The notes under the pieces: generated by a model
The model's database searches: none
Seen by the model: only the letters and a program-made list of their open reading frames with translations
Told to the model about the DNA's origin: nothing
Assembly (NCBI GenBank): GCA_963702845.1
Contig: OY969763.1
Span: forward strand, 320,001 to 384,000
DNA from: an uncultured Verrucomicrobiae bacterium
Lineage (GTDB): Bacteria; Verrucomicrobiota; Verrucomicrobiia; Limisphaerales; Palsa-1400
Direction of reading: 5' to 3'
Length of the DNA: 64,000 nucleotides
Shown here: one piece after another, positions 50,096-59,388 of the stretch
How positions within the stretch are numbered: the first letter of the stretch is position 1
Layout: every line of letters begins with the position of its first letter
Translations under genes and position numbers: made by a program

Positions 50096-51451
50096 CTAAC
50101 TCGCAAATCTTTCCAGCAACACCTTGTCCAATTCCTCGCGGATTTCGGGCAAGCTGATTCGTTCGATGACTTCGCTGGCGAACGCGTAAATCAACATCCG
50201 CCGCGCCATGGCGATCGGGATGCCGCGTGCCTGCAGATAAAATAGCGCTTTCTCGTCCAATTGCCCAACGGTTGCGCCATGGGTGCATTTGACGTCGTCG
50301 GCGTAAATCTCCAATTGCGGCTTGGTATCGATGACGGCGTCGTCGGACAATAAGAGGTTGCGATTGGTTTGTTTCGCGTTCGTTTTTTGTGCGTCCTTGC
50401 GAACGAAAATCTTGCCGTTGAATACGCCGCGAGCGCGATCGCTGAGAATGCCGTGATAATATTCGTGGCTTTCGCAATGCGGCTTGGAATGGTCCATCAC
50501 GGTATGATGGTCGACGAGTTGTTCCCCGCGACCGAGATATAAACCGTTCATCGTGCATTGTGCGCCGCTGTCGGCCAGCACGGTTTGAATCTGATTGCGG
50601 GCAATACGTGCGCCAGTCGAAATCGAGTGTGACGTCCAAACGCTGCTCCTGGCTTGATGCGCCTGGATGGTGGCGATGTGAAAAGCGTTTTCGGATTCGG
50701 CCTGGAACTTGCAATGTTCAACCAAGGCTTCCTCGCCGAGGATGAGTTCGGTAACAGCGTTGATGAGATATGGTTCAGCGGAACCGTTCCCGAGCGTGAC
50801 ATAACTTTCGATCACCTTCGCCGAACTGCCGTCGCCGGCGACGATCAGATTGCGCGGTTGGAACACAGCTCCAGACTGCGGTTCCGTGACGATGTGCAGA
50901 ATGTGAACAGGACGTTCCAAGACGCGACGACTTGGAATGGAAACGAAAACGCCGTCTTGGAACAGGGCGGTGTTCAACGCCGCAAAGCCGTTCTCTTCAA
51001 AACTGGCGTGACGCGCCAGATTGCGCTCAACCCACGGTGACGTGAGGGCGCTACGCAGATTCAAAACATCTACGCCATTGCCGCTCGCATTGGAAAGTTC
51101 CGGCACGAAATGGCCGTCGATAAAAACGATGCGGCGCGTGTTCAGATCGCCGAACAAAAACGGTTTGAGGTCCGCTTCGGAAACATTACGGGCGGGTTTG
51201 TCCGTGCCATGGAGGGACAGTTCCAGAATCGGGGCGACGTTGGTGAACTTCCACTCTTCGTCTTTGGTGGACGGAAAACCGTGCGTGATAAATTTGTTGA
51301 GTGCGGAAGCGCGCAGGACCTTCAACCAAGGCGGGTTCAGGTCAGCGGGCAAGAGCCGGAACTTATTGAGGAGATCGTCGCTCCGTCCGTGATGCGGCGG
51401 ATGAGATGGCGCAGATTGCTTGCGCGAGGGGGCGTTAACAACTTGCGTCAT
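50096..51451 (-). CDS. sufD: Fe-S assembly protein SufD
   Basis: EEWKFT, VFNGKI.V...AQKT.A.Q, P.LEIYADDVKC.HGAT.G. Confidence 0.93.
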   Translation of the reverse strand: MTQVVNAPSRKQSAPSHPPHHGRSDDLLNKFRLLPADLNPPWLKVLRASALNKFITHGFPSTKDEEWKFTNVAPILELSLHGTDKPARNVSEADLKPFLFGDLNTRRIVFIDGHFVPELSNASGNGVDVLNLRSALTSPWVERNLARHASFEENGFAALNTALFQDGVFVSIPSRRVLERPVHILHIVTEPQSGAVFQPRNLIVAGDGSSAKVIESYVTLGNGSAEPYLINAVTELILGEEALVEHCKFQAESENAFHIATIQAHQARSSVWTSHSISTGARIARNQIQTVLADSGAQCTMNGLYLGRGEQLVDHHTVMDHSKPHCESHEYYHGILSDRARGVFNGKIFVRKDAQKTNAKQTNRNLLLSDDAVIDTKPQLEIYADDVKCTHGATVGQLDEKALFYLQARGIPIAMARRMLIYAFASEVIERISLPEIREELDKVLLERFAS

Positions 51452-51452
51452 G

Positions 51453-52208
51453 TTACTTTGCTCCTGCACCTGCCAAAAGCCAGTCATAGCCGCGTTCTTC
51501 CAATTCGAACGCCAATTCCTTGCCGCCGGACTTGACGATCTGGCCTTCGGCCAAAACGTGCACGAAATCGGGCACGATATAATTGAGCAAGCGTTGGTAG
51601 TGCGTAATAACAATCGCCGAGTTATCGGGCCGGCGCAACTTGGTGACGCCACCGGCGACGATTTTCAAAGCGTCGATGTCGAGGCCGGAATCGGTTTCGT
51701 CGAGAATGGCGAGTTTGGGTTCGAGGACGGCCATTTGGAAAATCTCGTTGCGCTTCTTTTCACCGCCGGAAAAGCCTTCGTTGACGGGGCGGCTAAGCAG
51801 ACTCGGGTCAAGATCGAGCAGTTTCATCTTCTGCTTTACGAGCGCGAGGAACTCGATGGCGTCCAGTTCGGATTGGCCCTTGGCTTTGCGGCATTCGTTG
51901 AGGGCGGCTTTCAGGAAATAAGTGCTGTTTACGCCGGGAATTTCGACCGGGTATTGGAACGCGAGAAAAATGCCCTGTTGCGCGCGTTCTTCGGGTTTGA
52001 GTTCGAGCAGGTCTTTGCCTTCGTAGGTGATGCTGCCGCTGAGGACTTCGTAGTCGGGTTTGCCCGCGAGGACGGAGGCCAAGGTGCTTTTGCCGGAGCC
52101 ATTTGGGCCCATGACTGCGTGAACTTCGCCCGGTTTGACGGTGAGGTTAAGGTTTTTAAGGATCTCCTTGCCGTCGACGCCGGCGCACAAATTGCGAATC
52201 TCTAGCAT
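51453..52208 (-). CDS. sufC: Fe-S assembly ATPase SufC
   Basis: GPNGSGKST, FQYPVEIPG, FSGGEKKR, LDETDSGLD. Confidence 0.96.
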   Translation of the reverse strand: MLEIRNLCAGVDGKEILKNLNLTVKPGEVHAVMGPNGSGKSTLASVLAGKPDYEVLSGSITYEGKDLLELKPEERAQQGIFLAFQYPVEIPGVNSTYFLKAALNECRKAKGQSELDAIEFLALVKQKMKLLDLDPSLLSRPVNEGFSGGEKKRNEIFQMAVLEPKLAILDETDSGLDIDALKIVAGGVTKLRRPDNSAIVITHYQRLLNYIVPDFVHVLAEGQIVKSGGKELAFELEERGYDWLLAGAGAK

Positions 52209-52221
52209 ATAAAATTGAAAT

Positions 52222-52238
52222 CGGACTAATTTAGTCCG
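52222..52238. promoter_or_regulatory. Palindromic operator upstream of sufC (Rrf2-type candidate)
   Basis: Perfect CGGACTAA-T-TTAGTCCG, 13 nt upstream of the sufC start. Confidence 0.65.
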
Positions 52239-52472
52239 CTTAGCAAGCTTAGGACATTCGAGGTGCTTGTCAAACCTCTGACGTGGCCGCCTAGAAGGTT
52301 TACCGACCACCATGGTTAGGTGAAAGCGCAAACCGCCTCCGAAACACCCGACAAAGACGCCGCCGTGCAAGTCTTACCTCGGTCTTAAACGAGCGGGCCC
52401 GTCATGCTCGCCAATCCCGAAACAACCTTGGCAACATTGCCTGGCTGTCCTATTCTCAGGTAGAAAGGCACA

Positions 52473-55400
52473 ATGACCTCTGGCATCCAGTTCATCCTCA
52501 ACGGGGAATCGATCGAATTAGCCGACTGTTCCACAAACCTGACTTTATTGGAATATCTGCGCGCCAGTGGTCGCACAGGTTCCAAGGAAGGCTGCGCGGA
52601 AGGCGACTGCGGCGCGTGTTCTGTCGCAATTGTCGATCGCGATGCCGATGGTCACGCAGTTTACCGCGCCATCAATAGCTGCCTTGTTCCGGTCTGTTTG
52701 ATGCACGGCCGCGAAATCGTGACCGTTGAAGGCGTCGCTGGTGGATGCAAAGAACTTCATCCCGTCCAGCAAAGCATGGTCGAAAATTTCGGCTCCCAAT
52801 GCGGCTACTGCACACCTGGTTTTGTTGCCTCTCTTTTCGAAGGCTACCATCGCAAAGACATCAAGACACGCGATCAACTCGACGATCAACTTTGCGGCAA
52901 CCTCTGCCGTTGCACCGGTTATCGCCCAATCGTCGATGCCGCAATTCAAGCCTACGCGAACAAGAGCGCGAACAGCCTTGCTCCCGAGTTCAAAGGCCTC
53001 GCCACTGCCCGCTACGAGCACAACGACGAAACCTTCCTTCGTCCGACCACGATAAAAGATCTCCTCTGTGCCATCGGCGAATATCCACAAGCCAAGCTTA
53101 TCGCCGGCGCAACCGAACTCGGTCTGGAAATCACCAAGAAATTTAAAAAACTGCAAACGCTCATTTCCGTCGAAGCCGTTTCCGAGTTGAAGGAAATCAA
53201 ATGCACGGAAGCGGAGTGGCACATCGGCGCCGCCGTCACGCTCACCCAAATTGAAGAAAAACTCGCGCAGGAATATCCCGCGCTCGGTGACATGCTCCGC
53301 GTTTTCGGCTCACGCCAGATTCGCAACCGCGCAACAATGGGCGGCAACATCGTCACCGCTTCGCCGATCGGCGACAGCGCTCCCGTGCTGCTCGCGCTCG
53401 ACGCGAGCGTTGTATTGGCCTCAACCAATCGCGAACGCACACTGCCCATCGACCAATTCTTCGTCGCCTATCGCAAAACCGCTCTGCAACCCGGCGAAAT
53501 TCTCAAGACCATCATCATCCCGCGCGCCATCTCGGGTAGGGACGATCGCGCTGCGTCGTCCACTCTGAACCGTAAATTTTGGTGGCACAAAGTTTCCAAG
53601 CGCCGCGAGATGGACATCAGCACCGTTGCCGGCTGCTTCGTTCTCGATCTCGATGCCAACAACATCATCCGCCATGCCCGTTTGTCTTACGGCGGTGTTT
53701 CCGCGCTGCCGAGTCGCGCGCGCAAGACCGAAGCCGCCTTGCTCAACAAACCATGGACCAGGGCCACGCTCGACGAGGCGTTGTCCATTGTTGAAACAGA
53801 ATTTACGCCGATCTCGGACGCCCGCGGCACCGCCGAGTATCGCCGCGGACTTATTAGCAGCTTGTTGGAAAAGTTTTTCGTCGAATACGAACCCTCCGAT
53901 TCGCGCCGTACGAAATCGCCGGCTCTCCCCGTCTCAACGAAGCCGCAATGCACTCCGCACGAGAGCGGCCACAAGCACGTCTCGGGCTCAGCAGTTTATG
54001 TCGATGACCAAATTGCGCCACGTCACGCCCTCGAGGTGTGGCCTGTCTGCTCGCCACACGCCCGCGCAAAAATCCTGAAACGCGACGCCGCCAACGCCCG
54101 CAAGATGCCGGGTATCAAAGCCGTGTTGCTTGCCGAAGATGTCCCCGGTTTGAACGACATCGGCATGAAAAACGACGAGCCCTTGCTCGCCACAACAGAC
54201 GCCTTATTTCACGGTCAAATCATCGCGCTCGTCGTCGGTGAAACGCTCGAGGCCTGCCGCGCCGCCGCGGAAAAAATCATCGTTGAATACGAACCGCTGA
54301 AGCCCATTCTCACCTTTCCTGAGGCAATGGCTGCCGGAAGTTTTCACAACGAACCCAATTTCATCCGTCGCGGCGACATCGATTCCACCCTCAAAAACGC
54401 GGAGCATTCCATCGAAGGTGAATTCGAATTCGGCGGCCAGGAACATTTCTATTTAGAAATGCAGGCTGCGTGGGCCGAACCCGGTGAAGACGGGACGATG
54501 CTCATTTCATCCTCCACCCAGCACCCAAGCGAAGTCCAACTCGTTATCTCACACCTGCTCCACACACCGTCCAACAAAATCGTTGTCCAGTGTCCACGGA
54601 TGGGTGGCGGTTTCGGCGGTAAAGAAACTCAAGCCGCAACACCAGCCGCACTCGCTGCATTGGCTGCATCGAAAACCGGTCGTGCCGTTCGCGTTCATTT
54701 CAATCGCGATCAGGACATGATGCTCACCGGCCATCGTCATCCGTTCCACGCGAAGTTCAAAGTCGCTTTCAACACAGCCGGCGAACTACTCGGCGCACGC
54801 GTCCATTTGACCTCCAATGGCGGTTGGGCTCAGGACCTGTCGCAAGCCGTCACCGACCGCGCATTATTTCATCTCGATAACTCTTATTACATTCCATCCG
54901 TCGAGTTCCGCGGCCAGGTCGCCAAAACCAATCTTTCGTCGAACACCGCGTTTCGCGGTTTCGGCGGCCCGCAAGGCCTGTTGGTCATCGAAGAAATTAT
55001 CGATCGCGTTTCCCGCAAACTGAATCTCTCACCCGAAATCGTTCGCGAACGAAATCTCTATCGCGGTAAAGGCGAGACCAACACCACTCATTACGGCCAG
55101 GAGATTGAAGACAACCGCATCCAAACCGTCTGGCATGAATTGAAGAAAACCAGCGACTTTGCGCAACGCCGTGCAGAAATCACGAAGTGGAACGCCGCAC
55201 ACCCGAATCACAAACGTGGCCTCGCCATGACACCGGTGAAGTTCGGCATCAGCTTCACCGTCACGCACCTCAACCAGGCGGGTGCGTTCGTCTTGATCTA
55301 TCAAGACGGCACCGTCCAGGTAAACCACGGCGGAACGGAAATGGGGCAGGGGTTGCACACCAACATCCGTATCATCGCCGCTAAAGAACTCGGCACGACC

Positions 55401-56252
55401 TTGGACACCGTGCGCGTGATGACGACAAGCACCGACAAAGTTCCCAACACCTCCGCCACCGCCGCCAGCGTTGGCACCGACATCAACGGCGCTGCCGTGC
55501 AGAATGCCTGCGAAATCTTGCGCGACCGTTTAATTCCCGTCGCCAAAGTTTTGTTAAAGGAGAAGTTCAACATCGACGCCAACACGATCGTTTTCCAGGA
55601 CGGCAAAGTTTTTTCTCCCACTCACCGACTGCCAGACTCATCAACTCACGTCTTAACTTTCGCCGAGGTCGCCAAGAAAGCCTACATTCTCCGCACGCCC
55701 TTAAGCGCCACCGGCTATTACGCCACGCCCGGAATCCACTGGGATCGCGTTGCCGGCAAAGGCAAACCCTTCCACTACTTCGCTTACGGCGCGGCAGTGT
55801 CCGAAGTCGAAATCGACCGTTTCACCGGCATGCATCAAGTCCTCCGAGTCGACGTTCTCCACGACGTCGGAGGCGCGGTCAACGAAGGTATCAGCAAAGG
55901 CCAAGTCGAAGGCGGTTTTGTTCAAGGCATGGGTTGGCTGACGACCGAAGAATTGAAATGGGACGACAAAGGCCGCTTGCTCACGCACTCGCCCGACACT
56001 TACAAAATTCCGGCGATTGGCGACACGCCGCAAATCTTCAATGTCAACTTGCTCAAAAATGCGGCGCAAAAAACGGTTATCTACGGCAGTAAAGCAGTCG
56101 GCGAACCGCCGTTCATGCTGGCAATCTCCGTTCGCGAAGCCATCCGCGATGCTGTGGCCGCCTTCGGCGCTAACGGCGCAGTCCCGCTCGCTTCACCGGC
56201 AACGTGTGAAGCCATTTGGATGGCCATTCGAAATGGCCGCGTGGCCGCTTAA
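52473..56252 (+). CDS. xdhAB: Xanthine dehydrogenase, fused XdhA-XdhB (2Fe-2S, FAD, Moco)
   Basis: GC.EGDCGAC, QCGYCTPG, GNLCRCTGY, FAD domain, GGGFGGKE, AFRGFGGPQG, SKAVGEPP in one ORF. Confidence 0.95.
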   Translation: MTSGIQFILNGESIELADCSTNLTLLEYLRASGRTGSKEGCAEGDCGACSVAIVDRDADGHAVYRAINSCLVPVCLMHGREIVTVEGVAGGCKELHPVQQSMVENFGSQCGYCTPGFVASLFEGYHRKDIKTRDQLDDQLCGNLCRCTGYRPIVDAAIQAYANKSANSLAPEFKGLATARYEHNDETFLRPTTIKDLLCAIGEYPQAKLIAGATELGLEITKKFKKLQTLISVEAVSELKEIKCTEAEWHIGAAVTLTQIEEKLAQEYPALGDMLRVFGSRQIRNRATMGGNIVTASPIGDSAPVLLALDASVVLASTNRERTLPIDQFFVAYRKTALQPGEILKTIIIPRAISGRDDRAASSTLNRKFWWHKVSKRREMDISTVAGCFVLDLDANNIIRHARLSYGGVSALPSRARKTEAALLNKPWTRATLDEALSIVETEFTPISDARGTAEYRRGLISSLLEKFFVEYEPSDSRRTKSPALPVSTKPQCTPHESGHKHVSGSAVYVDDQIAPRHALEVWPVCSPHARAKILKRDAANARKMPGIKAVLLAEDVPGLNDIGMKNDEPLLATTDALFHGQIIALVVGETLEACRAAAEKIIVEYEPLKPILTFPEAMAAGSFHNEPNFIRRGDIDSTLKNAEHSIEGEFEFGGQEHFYLEMQAAWAEPGEDGTMLISSSTQHPSEVQLVISHLLHTPSNKIVVQCPRMGGGFGGKETQAATPAALAALAASKTGRAVRVHFNRDQDMMLTGHRHPFHAKFKVAFNTAGELLGARVHLTSNGGWAQDLSQAVTDRALFHLDNSYYIPSVEFRGQVAKTNLSSNTAFRGFGGPQGLLVIEEIIDRVSRKLNLSPEIVRERNLYRGKGETNTTHYGQEIEDNRIQTVWHELKKTSDFAQRRAEITKWNAAHPNHKRGLAMTPVKFGISFTVTHLNQAGAFVLIYQDGTVQVNHGGTEMGQGLHTNIRIIAAKELGTTLDTVRVMTTSTDKVPNTSATAASVGTDINGAAVQNACEILRDRLIPVAKVLLKEKFNIDANTIVFQDGKVFSPTHRLPDSSTHVLTFAEVAKKAYILRTPLSATGYYATPGIHWDRVAGKGKPFHYFAYGAAVSEVEIDRFTGMHQVLRVDVLHDVGGAVNEGISKGQVEGGFVQGMGWLTTEELKWDDKGRLLTHSPDTYKIPAIGDTPQIFNVNLLKNAAQKTVIYGSKAVGEPPFMLAISVREAIRDAVAAFGANGAVPLASPATCEAIWMAIRNGRVAA
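53536..53561 (+). repeat. GTAG-type REP hairpin within xdh
   Basis: GTAG-GGACGA-T-CGC-GCT-GCG-TCGTCC. Confidence 0.55.
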
Positions 56253-56286
56253 CGGCGCTACGCATTGATCTTTGACATAAAAAAAT

Positions 56287-56318
56287 GAAAAACCGGAGCA
56301 GCTTGCGCTACTCCGGTT
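56287..56318 (-). terminator. Intrinsic terminator of the YsnF-like gene
   Basis: Minus strand AACCGGAGTAGC-GCAA-GCTGCTCCGGTT, whose 3' end runs into a T-tract. Confidence 0.8.
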
Positions 56319-56341
56319 CAGACTCCGTTCGTTAAATCAGT

Positions 56342-56983
56342 TTATTTTTGATCCGGAGCTTGTTGTTGTTGCGGAGCTTGGGCGCCGGAGGCTTCATTGA
56401 TGTTGCCTCGGACTTCCACGTTCGGATTGCCGTTCTTATCAATGGAGACATCCTCCTTGCGAACCTGCGATTGGATGTTGACCTGTTGCGTTGACGAGTC
56501 CTTATGCGCAATCACAGAGCCAGTTTGAACAGTTTGTTTTTGAATAACGGGCTGTTCATTCTGCAGCTGGATAGCCACGGATTTGTCCTGGAACGCTTGG
56601 CCCTGCGCTGCACTGCTGGTAGCTGCGCCGGCTGGTGCGCGTTCAACAACGACATGTTCATGACGCAACTCCACTGGCACACTCACCGTTTCGGTGGTTG
56701 TGAATTTGCGAAGTTGCACCTCGCTGGGAACCTCCTGCTTCCCGACGTTCACCCGCTCTTCATACAACGGGATGGCTACCTCGTTGCCAGTCGCCGCTGT
56801 TGGAGCCGGCATGGCTTGAGCGCCGCTTGCTTCAGACGTTGTCGTCGTGCTATAGGCCGTTTGCCCGCATGGTTGTTTCTCTCCGCATGGTTCGTTCGAT
56901 GCGTAGTGATGATGAGTTGCACATGCTGACAAAAAGCCAGCTACCGAGATGATTCCTGTCACATAACTTAGTTGTTTGATCAT
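56342..56983 (-). CDS. YsnF/AvaK (DUF2382) domain lipoprotein
   Basis: Lipobox LSAC; IPL.EER..V.K, V.LRK, V.L..E.V.VER, VRKE.V; strong SD AAGGAGG. Confidence 0.85.
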   Translation of the reverse strand: MIKQLSYVTGIISVAGFLSACATHHHYASNEPCGEKQPCGQTAYSTTTTSEASGAQAMPAPTAATGNEVAIPLYEERVNVGKQEVPSEVQLRKFTTTETVSVPVELRHEHVVVERAPAGAATSSAAQGQAFQDKSVAIQLQNEQPVIQKQTVQTGSVIAHKDSSTQQVNIQSQVRKEDVSIDKNGNPNVEVRGNINEASGAQAPQQQQAPDQK

Positions 56984-57157
56984 ATTGTATTCCCTCCTTA
57001 TGCCGACATTCGATGACATACCTTTTTCACGCAACCTACTGTTTACCTGATTGTGAGGGTAAAGTTCCTGTATCCACCTGTAGTGGCATGGATGATGATT
57101 GCATGTGCGTTCTTTAGTTATTCCATTGGTCAATCGTGATGCGTTAGACTGAGGTGC

Positions 57158-58865
57158 ATGAGGAATCTTAATCATCGCCTCGCTGTTGCACGCGGGGAAA
57201 TTCCTGCCGAACTCGTCTTCAAAAACGCTCGCATCGTCAATGTTCTTAGCGGCGAAATTCACGAAGGAAATGTCGCTGTCGACGGTGGTCGCGTCATTGG
57301 TGTCGGCGATTACAAAGGGCGCAAAACGATCAATCTTCGCGGCGCTTATCTCGCCCCCAGTTTGATTGATGGCCATTTCCATATCGAAAGCGCGCAGTTA
57401 ACCGCCGTCGAATTCGCCCGCGCCGTAGTACCCTCATGGCACCGGCGCTCTGGTCATTGATCCGCACGAATACGCCAACGTTCTGGGCCTCGACGGTATC
57501 CGCTACGTTTTGGAATCGACGAAAAATTTGCCGCTCGATTTTTTCATCATGCTCCCATCCTGCGTCCCGGCGACTCATCTCGAGACAGCCGGCGCGCGCA
57601 TCACTGCGGACGACCTGCGCCTGATGATTTCTGACGAGCGCGTGGCCGGCGTTGCTGAATTGATGAACTATCCGGGCGTTTATCTCGGGACCAAAAGTGA
57701 GTTGGCCAAAATCGAAGTGGGTAAAGGCAAAGCGGTCGATGGACATGCGCCGGGTTTGCGCGGCAAAAATTTAAATGCTTATGCGCTGGCGGGCGTTCGT
57801 TCCGATCACGAATCCACCGAACTCGACGAAGCCCGTGAAAAGCTTCGGGTCGGAATGCATCTTCTCGTGCGGGAAGGCAGCACCGAACGCAATCTCGAAC
57901 ACATCATCGGCCTAGTGACTCCGCATAATGCGGCGAATTGTTCTTTTGCGACCGACGACAAACTCGCTGGAGATCTGGTCAACGAAGGCCATATCGATTT
58001 CGCCGTCCGCAAAGCGATCTCGCTCGGTGTCGCGCCGATTAGCGCGATTCAAATGGCCACGATCAATACCGCGCGCCATTATCGCTTACATAATCTAGGG
58101 GCGATCGCGCCGCGTTATTGGGCTGACTTCATCGTTTTTGACGACCTCAAGAAATTCAAGGTCCGCCAAACGTATAAAAAGGGTCTGCTGGTTGCTGAGG
58201 ATGGAAAATATTTGTGCAAGAATATCGCCGCAACGCCGTTACCGCGCAGCACGATGAATCTTCGTTACAAACCTCGCGATTTCGTGGTCGCCGCTAATGG
58301 CAAAAAACGCATCAAGATCATCCAGATTGTTCCAAATCAAATCGTCACAAAACAGGTCATCGAAAAACCAACGGTCTTTAACGGCGAAGTTGTCCCCGAC
58401 ACAAAACGTGACATTCTGAAACTGGTCGTGGTCGAACGCCATCATGCGACAGGCAACGTCGGCGTCGGTTTTGTGCGAGGGTTCACATTGAAAGAAGGCG
58501 CGATTGCCTCAACGGTCGCCCATGACGCTCACAACGTGGTGGTTGCCGGAACGAACACGGCTGATATTTGTGTGGCAATCGAACGTCTGGAACGACTGCA
58601 AGGTGGCCAGGTCGCAGTTCGCGATGGCAAGGTCATCGCGGAACTTCCGTTGCCGATCGCCGGTTTGGTTTCGGACTGTCCGCTCGACGAAGTGATCAAA
58701 CGTCTCGATAAGCTGAATGCGGCCGCTCGCGCCATGGGTTGTAAACTGGAAGCGCCATTTATGACACTGTCGTTCCTAAGTCTTTCGCCCATCCCGGAAT
58801 TGAAGTTGACCGACCAGGGATTGATAGACGCCACCCACCTGCGTAAAACGACGCTTTTCGTTTGA
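57158..58865 (+). pseudogene. ade: Adenine deaminase with one +1 frameshift (probably a sequencing error)
   Basis: IDGHFHIES, DPHE.ANV.G, PSCVPAT, DGHAP, SDHE, AHD.HN, FLSL..IPE; extra C near 57432 (VVPHGT restored). Confidence 0.92.
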
Positions 58866-58902
58866 ACTTTCAACCATTAACCCCAAACCCTAAACTGAAC
58901 CG

Positions 58903-59388
58903 ATGCAAGATAGTGCCAAGCAGGATTTGAAATTTATCGAGGCAGCGATTCGTTTGTCCGGCGAACATATGCGCGCAAACGACGGCGGACCTTTCGGGGC
59001 AGTCGTCGTTAAAAATGGCGAAATCGTCGCTACAGGGTGGAATAGGGTTACCTCGACGAATGACCCGACCGCGCACGCCGAAGTCACTGCTATCCGCAAC
59101 GCCTGCTCTAAACTCAACACGTTTCAACTCAACGGTTGCGTTCTTTATACCAGTTGCGAGCCGTGCCCGATGTGTCTTGCGTCCGCTTATTGGGCGCGGG
59201 TTGATCGGATTGTTTTTGCCGCCACACGGCAAGACGCGGCCAAAATTGGTTTCGACGACGAATTTCTTTACCAGGAAATCGCCTGCGCGTTGGAGAAACG
59301 GAAAATACCTACCCAACAACTTTCGCGCGAAGATGCCACGAAGATTTTTGCTGAATGGGAAGCGAAAACTGACAAGATTCGCTACTGA
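58903..59388 (+). CDS. guaD: Guanine deaminase (cytidine-deaminase fold)
   Basis: GGPFGAVVV, DPTAHAE, CEPCPMC, GFDD..Y; adjacent to ade and xdh. Confidence 0.88.
   Translation: MQDSAKQDLKFIEAAIRLSGEHMRANDGGPFGAVVVKNGEIVATGWNRVTSTNDPTAHAEVTAIRNACSKLNTFQLNGCVLYTSCEPCPMCLASAYWARVDRIVFAATRQDAAKIGFDDEFLYQEIACALEKRKIPTQQLSREDATKIFAEWEAKTDKIRY

Noticed and set aside
52240..52472. Possible Moco/xanthine riboswitch or ANTAR hairpins in the xdh leader
   Set aside because: Small hairpins and partial motifs (CTCCGA, GAAAGG, CAAAGACGCC) exist, but order and spacing do not fit by eye; an Rfam cmscan would decide
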